Assembly (NCBI RefSeq): GCF_963921235.1
Contig: NC_086109.1
Location: forward strand, 18,788,001 to 18,852,000
Length of the DNA stretch: 64,000 bases
Direction of reading: 5' to 3'
Source of the DNA: Mobula hypostoma
Lineage: Eukaryota
Shown here: piece by piece, positions 37,450 to 50,853 of the stretch
Layout of the letters: each line of letters begins with the position of its first letter
How positions within the stretch are numbered: the first letter of the stretch is position 1
The notes under the pieces: generated by a model
The model's database searches: none
Told to the model about the DNA's origin: nothing
What the model saw: only the letters and a program-made list of their open reading frames with translations
Program-made: the position numbers and the translations under genes

Positions 37450-37965
37450 TTAGATGATTTTTGGGCCCCTTATCTAAGAAAAGATGTGCTGGCATTGGAG
37501 AGGGTCCAGAGGAGGTTCATGAGAATGATTCTGGGAATGAAGTGGTTAATGTATGAAGATCATATGATTCCTCTGGGCTATACTCACTGGAGCATAGAAG
37601 AATGAGGGGGGATCTCAGTTAATATTGAAATGCCTAGAGACAGTAGACATGGAGAGGATATTTCCAAGAATGGGGGAGGGAACAGCCTCAGAATACAAGG
37701 ATGTCTCTTTAGAACAGCGATGAGAAGGAATTTCTTTAGTCAGAAGGCGGTGAAACTGTGGAATTCATTGTCACAGACGGCTGTGGATTTCAAGTCACTG
37801 GATGCATTTAAAGTGGAGGTTGATAGGTTCTTGTTTAGTTGTGGCACCAAAGGTTACGAGAAGGCAGTAGAATGTGGTTGGGAGGGATAATAAATCAGCT
37901 ATAATGGAATAGCAGAGCAGACTTGGTGAGCTGAATGGCCTATTATGCTTCCATGTCTTATGATA
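37450..37965 (+). mobile_element. CR1 LINE 3' fragment
   Basis: RRNFFSQKAVKLWNSLSQTAV. Confidence 0.85.
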
Positions 37966-38672
37966 TTGAATATACTGCCAATCCACACTGCACGCCCCTC
38001 TTGCTGGACCCTGATCACTCCATTCACCATCCTCTACTGCCATGGGGGTCATGGTAAATGGGTAAGTGCCAGCGATAATCAGAAAGTGGATGAAGCAAGC
38101 AGGGCAAATCTGTTAGCTCTATAACTATATATGTGAGTTTCTCAGTTGCACAGACAATCAAATCTACAATAAGTCAATAGAGAGAAGGTTTGGTGACACT
38201 GGCCACAGAAAGAAATGCCCCAGCTGCTAAGGATTGGAGCAGAGAAAAACATCTATGTATCTAACTGTGATGGCCTGACTCTGTTCTGCCTGCCACTCAC
38301 CTACTACCTGAAGGTGGCTTTAATTATCTTTCAAATGTCATCTCTGGCTTGCTGTTGACATTGCAAGCTCTGGTAACAGTCAGCTGGAAACAACGAGAGT
38401 CATTTCAACCAAATGCAAAGCTATTTCCCTCCTTGCAGACTCCTGGCTTTTAAACCCTTTGCTGGCTAGTTGCTAATCACTGACCCTGATACGGTGGAGT
38501 CCACCTTTCAATCCTGCTGGTGCTCTTAACATGAACCCCTAGACGCCCACTCTTGCCTTCAGATCCAGATTCAGATATATTTATCGCATGGAAGTGGGGA
38601 TGAGCATAATGCTTTCTATAAGTGAGGCCCCAGGTTCAATCCCAGCATCTCCATGCTGGTGGTCTTAAACTT

Positions 38673-38930
38673 TGGGGCAGCATGGTAGTGCAACAATTTA
38701 ACACTATTTCAGCACCAGTGACCCAGGTTCAATTCCACCACTTCCCGTAAAGAGTTTGCATGTTCTCCCCATGACTGTGTAGGTTTCCTCTGGGTGCTTT
38801 GGTTTCCTCCACATTCCAAAGCTGTAAGGGCTAGTATGTTAATTTTTCACATGGTGTGATGAGGTGGCGCAATCTTGTTGAGCAGAAATAGCCTGTAAAC
38901 ATGCTGTATCCCCAAATACAAAATAAAAAT
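38673..38930 (+). mobile_element. V-SINE-like SINE
   Basis: GAGTTTGCATGTTCTCCCCATGACTGTGTAGGTTTCCTCTGGGTGC core. Confidence 0.75.
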
Positions 38931-40847
38931 GTGAATAGGAAGTTGAAATGCACCTTTGCTTTCTTCCATTCTTCCTGTTCCCGAATCTGGCATCACCCAC
39001 AAATTCAAAAATCAGAGTTTTGATGTCGTTGTCCTACTGCCTGGAGACAGTGCTAAAGGCAATATCAAACCTGTTAGAACACTGCCACCAATATTTGTCT
39101 TCCTGTGAATATTATTAACTCCTAATGCAATATGCAGCACCATATGGCCCAATGTTGAGTGCAGAAAAAAATGAGTAAAGGCAGAAGTGGATTGCTTCAA
39201 ACAGATTCTGTTGATTATAACCAAATGCAAAATACCGCTGAAAATCTGTGATTAGACACCAAGTGTTGGCGCTGGGATGTATGACAACACTTGCGGGCTG
39301 CCCTTAGCTTATCATTAGGTTGTGTAGGTTGTTGACACAAATGATACATTTACCTGTATGTCTCGATCTACGTGTGATAAATAAATCAATCTGAATCTGA
39401 ATCTGGATCTGAATCAAAGTGCTGGGATTACTCAGCAGGATAGGCAGTACTGTTGGAGAGCAAAGCAGAGAATTTTGATTTAGGTAATGCCCTTACCTCA
39501 GAAGTAGATTTTAGATTGTGATGTTTGGACTGAATGCTTTAAGCTTTTAAAAATATCACCGATGTGGTCTCTTGGATGAGGGACTTCAGATACACGGAGA
39601 AGACAATAATCCTGACTGTTTCTCAATCAGGAGGAGGTAGTTAAGAGGGTTTTTGTTGGATGCATTCAAAATTATGAAAGGATTTGATGGAGGGAATAAA
39701 GAGAACACTTTTTCAGTGGCAATAGCATCAGTCACCAGAAAACATGGATTTTGAGGACTTTGGGTACGGAGCCAGAGAAACTGACTTTACCCAGCAAGTT
39801 TTGATGTTAGAATGGATTGTTTGAAAGTGATACTTACTAAAGAAAATGAATAATTTCTTGGTGAAAAATCATAGCATACTGAGGGAGAGTGGAACAGAGG
39901 TTCCACAGGCCAAACCATCTCACTTCTGCAGAATCATTCAACGATTCAGCAAATACAATGTGAATATGTTCAGGGATGGGGAGAAGGGGAAAGAAAGGAC
40001 TGTGAATCAATAAAAATCTGTCACCTGCTTTTCGGATTAACTTCGACTGATACTGTCCATGTGGCTCTAATGGCTTCTTAATTGTTATCCCTTTACATAG
40101 GCACTAGGTGGCACACAAGGCCACTTCAGATCACTTTCATCCATGAGCTTTGGCTTGAGTCGAGCATACAGAACAAATTACTCTGTGGCAACTTGTGAAA
40201 AAGTCAACCAGATTTTTTAAAAATCATTCATGGGATCTTAATGTTATAGGAAAATCCATCTTTTATCACCCATCTAGATGATCTCAGCGATCAGCCATCT
40301 CCTTTAACCATTACAGTCATGAGCTTTTCATACACTAAGATTATTTTGGAGAGAAGCCATTTTAGAGGGAAGTTAAGGGTTAAAGACATCAAGTGTGAAG
40401 TTACATGTAGGCTACAACAGATTAAAATGGCTCATTTGGGTTCCTAAAGGAATCAAATGTACCTGGTAGGTTTTAATGACAATGCACTTGTGGGCACATT
40501 GCTGACTTTACATGGGTTTATATGCCAGATTCATCTAATTAGCTACTTCTGAATTCCCCTTGGTTGCAGAGAGAGATTTGAACTCATATTTCTGGATCTT
40601 TAAAACACAAGATTTTGGCGATACTGGAAACGAGAAATAAAGTAAACATGCTGGAAACGGTCAGCAGGTCAGTCAACATCTCTGAAAAGAGAAACATGGC
40701 TAATATTTTAGGTCAATGACTAGTGATCTTGGGATGTAGGCTAAATTGTTTAGGTTGGTATTAACGCCCATTCCTTGTTATTCTTATAAAGCTGAATGCC
40801 TTACTTCAGAGGGAGAGTTTATTTTTAACCACATTAGTGCATGATTA

Positions 40848-41055
40848 GAGACAAAAGAGACTGCAGATGCTAGAATCTAGGGCAAAAAAAAACTGCTTGA
40901 GGAAGTCAATGGGTCAGGCAGCATCTACATCGAGAAATGGACAATTGAAGTTGCGGGTTGAGACTTGAAACATCAACCCAAAATGTCAACTGTCCATTTC
41001 CTACCACAGATGCTGCCTGAGCTGCTGAGTTTGTCCAGCAGTTTTAGTGTGAGAT
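40848..41055. mobile_element. Old Penelope-derived fold-back element
   Basis: GGTCAGGCAGCATCT...AGATGCTGCCTGA inverted pair; further copies at ~40605-40720, 43178-43385 and 57872-58225. Confidence 0.65.
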
Positions 41056-43119
41056 TGGATTTATATACAAACCAGCCCAGTTTCTTTTCTTTAATAGCCA
41101 TTAGTGAAACAACAGTGAGAAATTCTACATCAAACAGCTTCTTGCTAATTAATAACAGAACTTTAGCTTGACCAAGAGATTGGTTTCACCCTTTCTGGAG
41201 TGTGAAACTAGTGCTGTCTTTAGTTCTAAAGCCTGATTAGGACACGCTGAAAAATGATATGAAATTTGCCAATAACACTTTAGAAAGTATGGGAATGTAA
41301 ATGATTAGTATCCAATCTCAGGATCTTCACCACTTCTGATGGGACCACACTTAACTGAATGGACTCACTGAATCATAGAGCCATACAGCATAGAAACCAG
41401 ACTTCAGCCCAGCTTGTCCATGCTGACAAACATGCCCATCCTATATCTTATGGTCTTATGGTCTGAGATAGTCCAATTTGTCTTACTCCTCTTTAACAAT
41501 GCACTCTGTACCAACCAGAGGACTACTTTAGCTTTTAATGGCACTGCTCCAAGGCAGGCTGGCAGGCAACAGCTACAACGAATATGGTTGCCATGGAAGT
41601 GAGAAAGGCTTCATGGGAAAACAAGGGAGCCTCTAGCTTTTGTGGAGTCAATCTGGTGTCCTCACAAAGGAGTGGGTTCTGTCTATCAGGTGGATTGGTA
41701 ACTCTTCAGACTATAGTAGGAAGTGACTAGCTGCCACCTAGAAAGATTCTGTGATCTTTCTACCCCAATCCATAGGACAATAATACACCAATTTACCATT
41801 TTATCTGCCTCAGCAATGTTTGTTGAAGCTGTTATCAAATTATGGAGAATATGCTGAGAGTGAAGGAACTGTGCCACCTCTTTCAGCGAGCACCAATCAT
41901 GATTCCATCAGGCGTCATCCCAGAAGGCAGGGACCAGAGTTCAAATCCCGATCTCTTCTTGGAGCCTACGTACAATGAGAAGGAAGTAAAGACTGCAGAA
42001 ATCAATTCATCATGAAAAAAGGGGGAGAAACATTGTGTATAATCTGAGTAATGACAGTGGCAACCAAGCAACCTGAGATGATTGCAGGTTTTCAATCTTG
42101 GTACTGAGTCATGTCAGTTTAAATGAGGAATGATGAGTCAACATCTGCTTTTGTAGTTGACTGATTTGCTGCCTTGTTTCCTGGGAAATAATTCCCACAT
42201 GACTGCCTTGATTTTCTAATATGAAGCTGTTTGACTTCAATGCTTTCTACTCCCATAGAAATGTTTTTTTTTCTTTCAAAAACTTTTGCATTCACTTAAA
42301 ACTGCCCAGACTGCAAGTTCTATAGAGGTGGGGTGTAGAGTTTTTGCAGAACCTACTCTCTCCTTGGCATTACGGGTCCTGCAAAGAAAAGAGCAATCAG
42401 GATCATCACAGAGGTTACAGAGCAGGCCTCCAGAAGGCTATAGATCAAGAGCTGTGACCTGTGGACCAATGCTGCTGGAACACAAGCTAGGGTCTGATCA
42501 ACTCTGGCTGGATTACCTGGATGAGAGTGTCTGATTATGAAAGACCCAAAACACCCAAAGATCCCAGACTACGTCATTGATGATGTGTCCCAGCGCACCC
42601 TAGGATGTATCTCAGCATCAACTAGGTGAGACATCCAGTTGATGCCTAGGTGAGAAGGGGTTACCAGGAAAAAGATGGTGGGATTAATAAGGCCTTGGCT
42701 ATTGTAAGATGGATAGGTAAGGGACCTCACAGCTAACTCTTACCCATTATTCCTTAGGTTCACAAACTGGCAACTAGACCAAAATTAAAAAAAACACTAT
42801 ATCATCCCATGTTTGATAGCTTTTAAAAGGTTTTCAGAAATGGTAATGCTATCTTCAATTTTAAGAAGAGTTGATGTCATCAAAGATCAAAGAAGGATTA
42901 TTTGTACCTTTGACCGCTTAGCGCCAAATCCCAAGTTGCATATTTTTGAAGAGGATTTTTCAAAGTACCTGTTATCTACCTCTTCAACCCTTTACAGAAC
43001 ATAAAGGGTCAGAGGTCACAGGGGGAGTGAATAGCTAAAAGATCAGTGTTATTTTCACAAAAAAAACTCAGAACTAAAATTTCCTAAACCAGGGGATTCA
43101 TGAATCACCTTTGTTGTCA

Positions 43120-43675
43120 GTCCAGTTTAATCATATCCTTCCTGCAGTGTGTCGACCAGAACTGTACATAATATTCCAGAACAACACACACAAAGTGCTG
43201 AAGAATCTCAGCATGTCATGCTTTCCGATGTTTCCGGCTAAGACCCTTCACCAGGACCTGATGGACAATCTCGACCCAAGACAGGACTGTTCATTCACTT
43301 CCATGAATCTGCCTGACCTACTGAGTTTCTCCAGAATTTTGTGTGTGCTGCTCTGGATTTCCAGCATCAGCAGAATCTCTCGTGTACAGAATACTTTAAT
43401 TGAGTTCTTATCAGTGTTTGTAAAGTTACACCATAATGTTTCAACTCTTACATTCCATGCCCTGGCCTATGAAGGCAAGCATACTATATCCCTTCTTCAC
43501 TCCCCTATCTACCTGTGTTGTCACTTCCACGGGAGCTATGGACTCAATGTCCTTCTGCCCAGTAACATTCTTTAGTACCCTGTCATTTACTCTATATGTC
43601 TGACACTTGATGTTATTAAATTCCAACTGCCAACACTCCATCCAGTCTTCTATCTGATCTATATCCTGCTGTAAC
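43120..43675 (-). mobile_element. Old CR1 fragment (resumes at 47204-47300), host of two insertions
   Basis: LQQDIDQIEDWMECWQLEFN...QVDRGVKKGYSMLAFI; sequence continues after the inserted CR1. Confidence 0.8.
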
Positions 43676-46600
43676 AGTGGGACGGAGAAGAGGAGAGATG
43701 TTGTCATTGGAGACTCTATAGTCAGGGGAGCAGACAGGAGATTTTGTGGACGTGAGAAGGACACCCGCATGGTTTGTTGCCTCCCGGGTGCCAGGGTCCG
43801 GGATTTTCTCTGACCGAGTGCACGACACCCTGGTACGAGAGGGAAAGCAACCAGAAGTCGTGATACATGTTGGGACCACCGACATAGGCAGGAAGAGGGA
43901 TGAGGTCCTGAAGTGTGAGTTTCGGGAACTAGGCAGAAGGCTGGAAAACAGGACCTCAAGGGTGACTTTCTCAGGATTGCTGCCAGTGCTACGTGACAGT
44001 GATGGTAAGAATTGGAGGAGATGGCAGTTGAATGCGTGGCTGAGGAGTTGGTGCAGGGAGCGGGGTTTTTAGATTTTTGGATCATTGGGATCTCTTCTGG
44101 GGAAGGTGGGAACTGTACAGATTGGATGGGTTGCACCTGAACTCGAGGGGGAGCAATATCCTTACAGGTAGATTTGCTAGCATGGTTCAGGAGGGTTTAA
44201 ACTAATTTGCAAGGGGGCTGGGACCCAGACCGATAGAGCAGTGAAAGAAGTGCATGGAGTAAAGCCAAATCTAACATATAGAGAGGGTTTGAGGAAAGAG
44301 AAGCAGAATAAATGGTGTAAAGACAGTAAGGTAAAGGGCTGAAATGTGTGTACCTCAATGCAAGAAACATCAGGAACAAAGGTGATGAACTGAGAGCTTG
44401 GATACATACATGGAATTATGATGTAGTGGCCATTACAGAGACTTGGCCGGCACCAGGGCAGGAATGGATTCTCAATATTCCTGGATTTCAGTGCTTTAAA
44501 AGGGATAGAGAGGGCGGAAAAAGGGGAGGAGAGGTGGCATTGCTGGTCAGGGATACTATTACAGCTACAGAAAGGGTGGGTAATGTAGCAAGATCCTCTG
44601 AGTCAGTATGGGTGGAAGTCAGGAACAGGAAGGGAGCAGTTACTCTATTGGGGATATTCTATAGGCCCCCTGGTAGCAGCAGAGATACGGAGGAGCAGAT
44701 TGAGAGGCAGATTTTGGAAAAGTGCAAAAATAACAGGGTTGTTATCATGGGTGACTTTAACTTCCCTAATATTGATTGGCACCTGATTAGTTCCAAGGGT
44801 TTAGATGGGGCAGAGTTTGTTAAGTGTGTCCAGGATGGATTCCTGTCACAGTATGTGGACAGGCCGACTCGGGGGAATGCCATACTAGATCTAGTACTAG
44901 GTAACGAACTGGGTCAGGTCACAGATCTCTCAGTAGGTGAGCATCTGGGGGACAGTGACCACCGCTCCCTGACCTTTAGCATTATCATGGAAAAGGATAG
45001 AATCAGAGAGGACAGGAAAATTTTTAATTGGGGAAGGGCAAATTATGAGGCTATAAGGCTAGAACTTGTGGGTGTGAATTGGGATGATGTTTTTGCAGGG
45101 AAATGTACTATGGACATGTGGTCGATGTTTAGAGATCTCTTGCCGGATGTTAGGGATAAATTTGTCCCGGTGAGGAAGATAAAAAATGGTAGGGTGAAGG
45201 AACCATGGGTGACAAGTGAGGTGGAAAACCTAGTCAGGTGGAAGAAGGCAGCATACATGAGGATTAGGAAGCAGGGATCAGATGGGTCTATTGAGGAATA
45301 TAGGGAAGCAAGAAAGGAACTTAAGAAGGGGCTGAGAAGAGCAAGAAGGGGGCATGAAAAGGCCTTGGTGAGTAGGGTAAAGGAAAACCCCAAGGCATTC
45401 TTCAATTATGTGAAGAAAAAAAGGATGACAGGAGTGAAGGTAGGACTGATTAGAGATAAAGGTGGGAAGATGTGTCTGGAGGCTGTGGAAGTGAGCGAGG
45501 TCCTCAATGAATACTTCTCTTCGGTATTCACCAATGAGAGGGAACTTGATAATGGTAAGGACAATATGAGTGAGGTTGATGTTCTGGAGCATGTTGATAT
45601 TAAGGGAGAGGAGGTGTTGGAGTTGTTAAAATACATTAGGATGGATAAGTCCCTGGGGCCTGACAGAATATTCCCCAGGCTGCTCCACGAGGCGAGAGAA
45701 GAGATTGCTGAGCCTCTGGCTAGGATCTTTATGTCCTCGTTGAACACGGGAATGGTACCAGAGGATTGGAGGGAGGCAAATGTTGTCCCCTTGTTCAAAA
45801 AAGGTAGTAGGGATAGTCCGGGTAATTATAGACCAGTGAGCCTTACATCCATGGTGGGAAAGCTGTTGGAAAAGATTCTTAGGGATAGGATCTATGGGCA
45901 TTTAGAGAATCATTGTCTGATCAGGGACCGTCAGCATGGCTTTGTGAAGGGCAGATCGTGTCTAACAAGCCTGATAGAGTTCTTTGAGGAGGTGACCAGG
46001 CATATAGATGAGGGTAATGCAGTGGACGTGATCTATATGGATTTTAGTAAGGCATTTGACAAGGGTCCACACAGTAGGCTTATTCAGAAAGTCAGAAGGC
46101 ATGGGATCCAGAGAAGTTTGGTCAGGTGGATTTAGAATTGGCTTGCCTGCAGAAGGCAGAGGGTGGTGGTGGAGGGAGTACATTCAGATTGGAGGATTGT
46201 GACTCGTGGTGTCCTACAAGGATCTGTTCTAGGACCTCTACATTTCGTGATTTTTATTAACGACCTGGATGTGGGGGTAGAAGGGTGGGTTGGCAAGTTT
46301 GCAGACGGCACAAAGGTTGGTGGTGTTGTAGATAGTGTAGAGGATTGTCAAAGATTGCAGAGAGACATTGATAGGATGCAGAAGTGGGCTGAGAAGTGGC
46401 AGATGGAGTTCAACCCGGAGAAGTGTGAGGTGGTATACTTTGGAAGGGCAAACTCCAAGGCAGAGTACAAAGTAAATGGCAAATACTTGGTAGTGTGGAG
46501 GAGCAGAGGGATCTCGGGGTACATGTCCACAGATCCCTGAAAGTTGCCTCACAGGTGGATAGAGTAGTTAAGAAAGCTTATGGGGTGTTAGCTGTCATAA

Positions 46601-47203
46601 GTTGAGGGATAGAGTTTAAGCGTCGCGATGTAATGATGCAGCTCTATAAAACTCTGGTTGGGCCATACTTGGAGTACTGTGTCCAGTTCTGGTCACCTCA
46701 ATATTGGAAGGATGTGGAAGCAATGGAAAGGGTACAGAGGAGATTTACCAGGATGCTGCCTAGTTTAGAGAGTATGCATTATGATCAGAGATTAAGGGAG
46801 CTAGGGCTTTACTCTTTGGAGAGAAGGAGGATGAGAGGGGACATGATAGAGGTGTACAAGATAATAAGAGGAATAGATAGAGTGGATAGCCAGCACCTCT
46901 TCCCTAGGGCACCACTGCTCAATACAAGAGGACATGGCTTTAAGGTAAGGGGTGGGAAGTTCAAGGGGGATATTAGAGGAAGGTTTTTTACTCAGAGAGT
47001 GGTTGGTGCATGGAATGCACTGCCTGAGTCAATGGTGGAGGTAGATACACTAGTGAAGTTTAAGAGACTACTAGACAGGTATATGGAGGAATTTAAGGTG
47101 GGGGTTTATATTGGAGGCAGGGTTTGAGGGTCGGCACAACATTGTGGGCCGAAGGGCCTGTACTGTGCTGTACTATTCTGTGTTCTATGTTCTATGTTCT
47201 ATG
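43676..47203 (+). mobile_element. 5'-truncated CR1 LINE (esterase half of ORF1 + full-length ORF2)
   Basis: IGDSIVRG, DGLH; 595-aa EN-RT ORF; (TTCTATG)n tail; TGTAAC on both sides. Confidence 0.97.
44196..47127 (+). pseudogene. CR1 ORF2 endonuclease/reverse transcriptase, disrupted
   Basis: LNARNI, ITETW, GDFN, SDH, QHGF, QGSVLGP, FADG (second Asp lost); TAG at 46133; indels near 44335 and 46483. Confidence 0.93.
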
Positions 47204-48279
47204 TAACCTTAGACAATCTTCATCCATAGCCACAAAACCACTAATTTCTGTGTCATTCACAAACCAACCGTTTACGTCCCGCCATTCGCATCCAAGTCAT
47301 GTTCTCATTGAGCTGTACAGCAGAGAAACAGGCCTTTTGGTCCATGTAGACCATGCCAAACTATGAGTCATTAACATATATCACAAAAAGCAAAATCCTA
47401 GCACTGGTCTCTATCCCTGGATGCTTCCCAATGACTCTGCTCAATCTTGACATACTTGTAAAGATTCAGTCCAAAAAGAAAAAAAACTGTCCAGATATGA
47501 AATGTTGATGGAATAGCACAATGTGCCATTATAACTTGGAATCCTCTGCAAAAAATCAGATTCAATAGTGACTGACATATTTTAATTGGATATATAACTA
47601 TTAATGAAAACAAATTTGCAGAAAAAGCATGTTGTTAATTGGATCTCTCTTTCAAAGAACTAGCTTAGAAACTCAGAGGATGTTGAGTGTGTTGACCGAG
47701 CTGCCAGTGGATTGGTAAATGCAGGCTCAATTGTATCATTTAAGTGAAGCTTGGTTAGGTATATGGTGGGGAGGGGGGTCTATGAGCTGGGTGCATGTAA
47801 ATGGAATTAAGCAGAAGACCAGATTAGCATAGACTAGGTGGGCCAAATGGCCTGTTCCTCTGCTGTAGTGCTCTATAACTCTTTGCATTCAAATTATTCA
47901 GTTATTATTCATGGTTTGGTTGAGTGGGTCGTAAATAGTAGTCAACAGACACTCTGGCTGAAAGCTAACTCTCTACCATCTGATATCAGGTGCAGTGAAG
48001 GAGATGGCAGTTTGACACAAAGAACTACTGATATCTGATGCATTAACTCGATAAGCTATTGAAATTGACAAGCAAGGATGAAAGAAGAAGATGTAGATGT
48101 CAGCTGGATCAGGAGCTCAGAGTGTAATAAATTCTTTGGAATGCAACTACAATTGGTATTAAATCTAGCTCCATGAAATATAAATCACTGCTGGGGATTC
48201 TACTCCGTCCCATTGTTAGGACAATGCTGTTACCTGAAATGAGATTTCCTTTTAACTATTTATCAAAATCCAAAGTAAA

Positions 48280-48665
48280 GTTATTATCAACGTATGTATA
48301 CATCACCAGATTCTACCCTGAGATTCATTTCCTTGCAGGCATTCACAGAAGAACAAAGAGAAAACAATAGAATCAATGAAAAGCTACGCGGAAACAAAGA
48401 CTGACAAACAGCCAATGTACAAAAGAAGACAAACTGCGCAAATACAATAAATAAATAAATGAGTTGTAGTGTCCTTGAAATTGGGCCCACAGGTTGTGGA
48501 ATCAGTTCACTTCTGAGGTGAATGAAGTTATCCATGCCAGTTCTGGAACCTGATGGTTGAAGGGTAGTAACTGCTCCTGAACATGGTGTGGGACCGAAAG
48601 CTCCTGGACCTTCTTCCCAATGGCAGCAGCGAGAAGAGAGCATGGTTTGGATGGTGGGGTTCCTT
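48280..48665 (-). mobile_element. Rex1/Babar-type 3' fragment
   Basis: Collinear with 28880-29320. Confidence 0.7.
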
Positions 48666-48984
48666 CATTGGGAGGGGGGCATAAGAGTGACATTTCCAAT
48701 TCCACTCTGTGGCCTACACTCAGCAACACAAGCTTTGGTATGGAAATACTCACAGATTTAAAGTAATGGAACTCATTCAGTTTTTTTTTGCTCCCAAATG
48801 ATAATGCAATGGAATCCCTGAGGTAGCTCTCCGTCACACAGTGAGTTTGCCATGGAGATGGTGAGAAGTGCAGTTAAAGTGAGCAGTGTGTTGTAACACT
48901 ATATTGAGAGGGTGGTGTATGAAGCAGTGAGCAACAGCAAACAAAGTTATTGTGCTAATAATACATAGAATAGATTTTACAAAT

Positions 48985-49200
48985 GCTGGAAATGATAGGA
49001 CAGTAGAACATGGAAGAAAAGAAGGCAGAGGAGAACTGGAGTAAGGTGATGGGCAGGTGAGGAACAGAGGAAGGGTAAGGGGGAGACAGAATGGAGAATG
49101 GAAAAAGAGAGATGGTGGGGTGGGGGGAGGCCGAGAAATCATTCTTCATGCTACAGGTTAGAGGCTATCCAGATGTAAAATGAGGTGCATGTTGCTCCCA
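48985..49200 (-). mobile_element. Older Penelope 3' remnant
   Basis: Purine-rich tract plus TTCATGCTACAGGTTAGAGGCTATCCAGATGTAAAATGAGGTG, homologous to the reverse of 50450-50495. Confidence 0.55.
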
Positions 49201-49354
49201 TGTTTGGCAGATGAGCATTTCTTCCAGCCATTTCCATCTCCTGTGCGCTCTGCAATGGTCACTTAGAGACAGGGCAGCATTTAAACTGAGTGGTGTGGTA
49301 AAATGTGTTGGAAACCAAGGCGTTATAGTCAGGAAACACTCTAGGAAGAGGTAC

Positions 49355-49390
49355 AGTCGATGTTTCGGGCTGAGACCCTTCGTCAGGACT
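49355..49390 (-). ncRNA. Minimal type I hammerhead ribozyme motif (Penelope pLTR), slightly decayed
   Basis: AGUC-CUGACGA-AGGGUCUCAGCCC-GAAA-C-AUC-GACU: core boxes intact, stem I AGUC/GACU, stem II GGG/CCC. Confidence 0.8.
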
Positions 49391-50817
49391 AGCTGAAAGA
49401 AGAGCTAGTAAGAGATTTGAAAGTGGGAGGGGCAGGGGGAGATCCAAAATGATAGGAGAAAACAGGAGGGGGAGGGATGGAGCCAAGAGCTGGACAGGTG
49501 ATTGGCAAAAGGGATATGAGAGGATCATGGGACAGGAGGCCCAGGGAGAAGGAAAAGGGGGGAGGGGGAGAGAAACCCAGAGGATGGGCAAGGGGTATGG
49601 TCAGAGGGACAGAGTCGCCTCACCTGGAAGAACTGTCTGGGGCTCTGAATGGTGGTAAGGGAGGAAGTGTAAGGGCATGTGTAGCACTTGTTCCGCTTAC
49701 AAGGATAAGTGCCAGGAGGGAGATCAGTGGGGAGGGTTGGGGGGGATGAATGGACAAGGGAGTCACGTAGGGAGTGATCCCTGCGGAAAGCGGGGGGGGG
49801 GGAGGGAAAGATGTGCTTAGTGGTGGGATCCCGTTGGAGGTGGTGGAATTTACGGAGAATAATATGTTGGACCCGGAGGCTGGTGGGGTGGTAGGTGAGG
49901 ACCAGGGGAACCCTATTCCTAGTGGGGTGGCGGGAGGATGGAGTGAGAGCAGATGTGCGTGAAATGGGGGAGATGTGTTTGAGAGCAGAGTTGATGGTGG
50001 AGGAAGGGAAGCCCCTTTCTTTAAAAAAGGACGACATCTCCCTTGTCCTGGAATGTAAAGCCTCATCCTGAGAGCAGATGCGGAGGAGACGGAGGAATTG
50101 CGAGAAGGGGATGGTGTTTTTGCAAGAGACAAGGTGAGAAGAGGAATAGTCCAGATAGCTGTGAGAGTCAGTAGGCTTATAGTAGACATCAGTAGATAAG
50201 CTGTCTCCAGAGATAGACAGAAAGATCTAGAAAGGAGAGGGATGTGTCGGAAGTGGACCAGGTAAACTTGAGGGCAGGGTGAAAGTTGGAGGCAAAGTTA
50301 ATGAAGTCACCTACGCTCTGTCCGCCAGAGAAAGCAGGATCTCCCAATGGCCACACATTTTAATTCCACATCCCATTCCCATTCTGATATGTCTATCTAC
50401 AACCTCCTCTACTGTAAAGATGAAGCCACACTCAGGTTGGAGGAACAACACCTTATATTCCGTCTGGGTAGCCTCCAACCTGATGGCATGAACATTGACT
50501 TCTCTAACTTCTGCTAATGCCCCACCTCCCCCTCGTACCCCATCCGTTATTTATTTATATACACATATTCCTTCTCTCTCTCTCCTTTTTCTCCCTCTGT
50601 CCTTCTCACTATACCCCTTACCCATCCTCTGGGTTTTTCCCCCCCTCCCCCCTTTCCTTCTCCCTGGGCCTCCTGTCCCATGATCCTCTCATATCCCTTT
50701 TGCCTATCACCTGTCCAGCTCTTGGCTCCATCCCTCCCCCTCCTGTCTTCTCCTATCATTTTGGATCTCCCCCTCCGCCTCCAACTTTCAAATCCCTTAC
50801 TCACTCTTCCTTCAGTT

Positions 50818-50853
50818 AGTCCTGATGAAAGGTCTCGGCCCAAAACGTCAACT
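50818..50853 (+). ncRNA. Minimal type I hammerhead ribozyme motif, probably inactivated
   Basis: AGUC-CUGAUGA-AAGGUCUCGGCCC-AAAA-C-GUC-AACU; GAAA changed to AAAA at a CpG. Confidence 0.7.

Noticed and set aside
41880..41990. Possible short exon (TTTCAG...GTAAAG)
   Set aside because: No recognisable peptide; contains a B-box-like GAGTTCAAATCCC suggesting a SINE remnant
43441..44136. 231-aa minus-strand ORF
   Set aside because: Chance fusion of antisense CR1 ORF1 with an older CR1 RT fragment across the insertion junction
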